Below, piece after piece: positions 6,296-8,282 of a DNA stretch of 8,282 bases. The first letter of the stretch is position 1. Each line of letters opens with the position of its first letter. Under the pieces are notes generated by a model that was not told the origin of the DNA, did not search any database, and saw nothing but the letters and a program-made list of their open reading frames with translations. The position numbers and the translations under genes were made by a program. Source of the DNA: a virus (taxonomy: Duplodnaviria; Heunggongvirae; Uroviricota; Caudoviricetes); the IMG/VR virus record IMGVR_UViG_2724678985_000018; one strand, given 5' to 3'.

Positions 6296-6515
6296 GAACA
6301 GGAAGATATACAGAAACGGTCCAGGTCAGACGATCAGCGTTCAGACTCCGCTCCACACGGACACCGCGACGCAGATACGCCTCTTGAAGCATATCTGCCT
6401 CATCGATCGTACAGAACAGATAGTGAAACCAGCCATACTGAGGCGCACGAAAACGCCTCCCCTGCTTAATTTCCGGGTCGGCTTCAGAATTGTGGGATTT
6501 TATGTGTTGTGTCAT
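6243..6515 (-). CDS. Hypothetical protein (90 aa), overlapping the DUF968 gene start in a different frame
   Basis: MTQHIKSHNSEADPEIKQGRRFRAPQYGWFHYLFCTIDEADMLQEAYLRRGV... with a GGAG ribosome-binding site 6 nt upstream of the ATG and a candidate promoter upstream. May be an independent small gene or the frameshifted N-terminus of the downstream ORF. Confidence 0.45.
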   Translation of the reverse strand: MTQHIKSHNSEADPEIKQGRRFRAPQYGWFHYLFCTIDEADMLQEAYLRRGVRVERSLNADRLTWTVSVYLPVRAHLPRTHACYRQRVWR

Positions 6516-6564
6516 CGGATTCTCCGGTGACAGCAGGTGTCAGTTGTTCAGGCTGACTGCGCGA

Positions 6565-6593
6565 ATTGTAAGGCAATACGCCGGAATGTACAA
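6565..6593 (-). promoter_or_regulatory. Candidate sigma70 promoter for the 90-aa ORF / DUF968 operon
   Basis: Minus strand TTGTAC (-35), 17-bp spacer, TACAAT (-10), about 45 nt upstream of the ATG at 6515. Confidence 0.35.
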
Positions 6594-6618
6594 ACAGAAA
6601 ACCCGTCAGTAAGACGGG
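6590..6618 (-). terminator. Rho-independent terminator downstream of the YgiW-like gene
   Basis: Minus strand CCCGTC-TTACT-GACGGG followed by TTTTCTGTTTGT, beginning 19 nt after the TAA stop at 6637-6639. Confidence 0.6.
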
Positions 6619-6636
6619 CTTAACAAGCAGGGGCGG

Positions 6637-6981
6637 TTACTTTAATAATTTCAGTGCCTTTACATCAACTTCAACACTGCTCAGGTCTTTATCAATTTCA
6701 CCCTCAATTCTTACTTTGTCTTTCGGAGAAACATTCTGCCCGGCCCATACGCTGTCATCAATATCCGTGACAATTGTCCCGCTATTGTCACGAAACTCAT
6801 AACGTTCATCACCCACTTTTTTAACGATGCTCCCTTCAAGGATAACCCATGCATCATCCTTCAGTTCTTTTGCCTGCGCTACTGTTGAACGCTCTGCTTC
6901 TGGCCCCTGGAAACCACCCTGCTGTGCAAAAGCGCCAAAAGACACACCGGAAATAAGTGCTGCAATCAATACCTTTTTCAT
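6637..6981 (-). CDS. YgiW/YdeI-family (BOF, DUF388) periplasmic OB-fold protein with signal peptide
   Basis: 114 aa. N-terminal MKKVLIAALISGVSFGAFA looks like a signal peptide. The mature region (QQGGFQGP...DDAWVILEGSIVKKVGDERYEFRDNSGTIVTDIDDSVWAGQNVSPKDKVRIEGEIDKD...VEVDVK) follows the YgiW/YdeI pattern. AAAGAGGA ribosome-binding site upstream. Confidence 0.75.
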   Translation of the reverse strand: MKKVLIAALISGVSFGAFAQQGGFQGPEAERSTVAQAKELKDDAWVILEGSIVKKVGDERYEFRDNSGTIVTDIDDSVWAGQNVSPKDKVRIEGEIDKDLSSVEVDVKALKLLK

Positions 6982-7059
6982 TCATAGTCCTCTTTCAGAG
7001 ATGAACATTCAAACAGCATTTTCAGTATGGTAAAGCGCGGGTGCGTTGAGGATGCCTGA

Positions 7060-7100
7060 CACATCAGAGGTGGCGGGAGATTACTCCCCCGCCTGGTCTC
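7060..7100 (-). other. GC-rich stem-loop at the 3' end of the hok transcript
   Basis: Minus strand GGCGGGGGAG-TAAT-CTCCCGCC starting 8 nt after the hok stop. Not followed by a clean U-tract. Analogous in position to the 3' hairpin of plasmid R1 hok mRNA as I recall it. Confidence 0.4.
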
Positions 7101-7256
7101 TTACTTCTCAGATTCGTAGTCTACGAAGACAGCGACCTCCGTCTGACCGGTTCGGATTCGCACCTCGCAGAGGTCTTTCCTCGTTACCAGTGCCGTCACT
7201 ATGACGGTTAAACAGATGACGATCAGGGCGATTAACATCGCCTTTTGCTGCTTCAT
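7101..7256 (-). CDS. hok: Hok/Gef-family type I toxin (membrane peptide, 51 aa)
   Basis: MKQQKAMLIALIVICLTVIVTALVTRKDLCEVRIRTGQTEVAVFVDYESEK is near-identical to E. coli HokD/RelF-type sequences as I recall them. GGAG ribosome-binding site upstream. The six-frame track extends this frame to an upstream ATG at 7313 (70 aa), but the conserved Hok start is the internal Met. Confidence 0.9.
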   Translation of the reverse strand: MKQQKAMLIALIVICLTVIVTALVTRKDLCEVRIRTGQTEVAVFVDYESEK

Positions 7257-7440
7257 AGCCTGCTTCTCCTTGCCTTTCGGCACGTAAGAGGCTAACCTAC
7301 ATGTGTTCAGCATGGATTGAGCCTCAGATTAATGTTAAGCGTCTTGCAGGACGCGTAATGTTAACTGGGGCTTTTCTCTATCTGCCGTTGGTGTTCATGC
7401 CCGAGGCAGATAGCCTCAAGCACCCGCTGCAATTCTACTT
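7257..7440 (-). promoter_or_regulatory. hok mRNA leader (expected to contain the mok start region and the Sok antisense-RNA target; sok would be encoded on the + strand here)
   Basis: Minus strand contains GCTTGAGGCTATCTGCCTC and TAGCCTCTTACGTGCCGAAAGGCAAGGAGAAGCAGGCTATG, which resemble the 5' end and the region just upstream of the start codon of plasmid R1 hok mRNA as I recall them. Candidate -10 TAGAAT just upstream of the presumed 5' end. Exact sok coordinates not determined. Confidence 0.45.
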
Positions 7441-7546
7441 AACTATCCTTTTCCCGCAAACCGTTTTTATCCCCAGCGGCAAATCGAATACTCCACCAGC
7501 GCCACCGCCATCGCAATTCCTACCGTTGTGAATGCTTCAGGCCAGG

Positions 7547-8188
7547 TCATTGATTCACCTCCTGCGGCGGTTCTGGTAGCGACATCCAGTGGGTTGCTTG
7601 CCTAAGATCATTACCCGGACTAACTGCTATACCTCCGCGCCGGAACGTGCCTCCGAGATAGCGTGCGGAATATATTAATGGCCCAGCCTCGCTATCGATA
7701 TTCATCGAAATAAGCACGTTCTGGCTCTTTTCAGGCATTCGCTCAGTACAGCTTATCCAGCCATCCAGAGTTATCGGAGATCTGGTTGACGTTTCCGAGA
7801 TTTCCCGAAAATTGTTGGTTGACGAATTCTTATTTTCCCGAAAGTTTCCGGCCTGAAGCATGGCGACGCGGCAGGCGTTCCAGCCATCAGCATATGTTTT
7901 AGTTACACCGTCGAGATGGCAGGTAAGCAAATCCATTTCATCAGGCACTACCATTGCTATCGGCTCTGCTTCCAGTGATGCCAGCGCGATACGAAACACA
8001 TTAGCCAGCAGGCTGTCTGAAGACTTGTTATCGTGCGCCGAGTCGCTCAGGAAGCCTGTGATGTATGATTTAATCTCCGCGCGTTCTCTGGTAATAGTGC
8101 TCATATCAGTTTGAACCGCCCAGGGTGTCCTGGAGAGTGTTTTATCTGTGAAATCAGGCTGCCAGATCATCGTTTCCGATGGAAGCAT
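7547..8188 (-). CDS. Phage protein with C-terminal DUF551-like domain
   Basis: 213 aa. C-terminus WISCTERMPEKSQNVLISMNIDSEAGPLIYSARYLGGTFRRGGIAVSPGNDLRQATHWMSLPEPP fits the DUF551 pattern (W...LP...HWM.LPEPP) as I recall it. Contains an internal repeat NFRENKNSSTNNFREISE. No clear Shine-Dalgarno before the first ATG; the start could be Met-7. Confidence 0.5.
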   Translation of the reverse strand: MLPSETMIWQPDFTDKTLSRTPWAVQTDMSTITRERAEIKSYITGFLSDSAHDNKSSDSLLANVFRIALASLEAEPIAMVVPDEMDLLTCHLDGVTKTYADGWNACRVAMLQAGNFRENKNSSTNNFREISETSTRSPITLDGWISCTERMPEKSQNVLISMNIDSEAGPLIYSARYLGGTFRRGGIAVSPGNDLRQATHWMSLPEPPQEVNQ

Positions 8189-8282
8189 AATAAGCTTTTT
8201 CTGCTTATGCCGGAGGAGTATGGCCCAGCCTTCACAGCAATCGTTGATTGTTATACCAATCCACCCACGTTAGTATGGCCAG

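Noticed and set aside
6273-6530. Plus-strand ORFs 6273-6530 and 6275-6469, and minus-strand internal ORFs 5596-5781 and 6025-6243
   Set aside because: They overlap the DUF968 gene and the 90-aa ORF in alternative frames or on the opposite strand, with no independent support.
7257-7313. 70-aa N-terminally extended Hok from the upstream in-frame ATG as the annotated CDS
   Set aside because: The conserved Hok family start, with its GGAG ribosome-binding site, is the internal Met at 7256. The extension is kept as a finding, not as the gene model.
7301-7531. 76-aa + strand ORF between hok and the DUF551 gene
   Set aside because: It overlaps the hok leader antisense strand, where a Sok-type RNA is expected. 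Proline and low-complexity rich, no ribosome-binding site. More likely non-coding.
8220-8273. 17-aa + strand mini-ORF (MAQPSQQSLIVIPIHPR) preceded by GGAGGA
   Set aside because: The spacing between the Shine-Dalgarno-like motif and the ATG is only 2-3 nt. It is on the strand opposite to all phage genes and too short to evaluate. Probably chance.
1-8282. CRISPR arrays, rRNA genes, integron attC sites or integrase/attachment sites
   Set aside because: No regularly spaced direct repeats, no rRNA-like sequence, and no integrase ORF in this window. The repeats present are explained by IS66 ends, terminators and tRNA stems.

Overview
The window reads as an enterobacterial (E. coli/Shigella-like) lambdoid prophage segment with an insertion sequence at its left end. 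Positions 1-2532 are a complete IS66-family element on the + strand (imperfect terminal inverted repeats with GTAAGCG tips, orfA/orfB/transposase). Everything from 2671 to 8188 is on the - strand in classic nin-region -> Q -> late-region order: DUF551-type protein, hok type I toxin, YgiW/BOF periplasmic protein, small ORF overlapping a DUF968/HNH (YdfU-like) protein, RusA, a Q-like antiterminator, a tR'-like terminator, a small ORF, an AT-rich AraC-family regulator and three tRNAs (Ile2/Met-CAT, Arg-TCG, Arg-TCT). The IS66 element sits about 175 bp downstream of the tRNAs, the slot that carries stx or other cargo in related phages. I found no CRISPR array and no rRNA. All protein-family calls rest on reading the translations and recalled motifs, not on database searches. 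The most interesting points are the IS66 junction, the unusual tRNA triplet, the regulator cargo between Q and the tRNAs, the two ORFs overlapping at the DUF968 start, and the hok locus with an in-frame upstream ATG.
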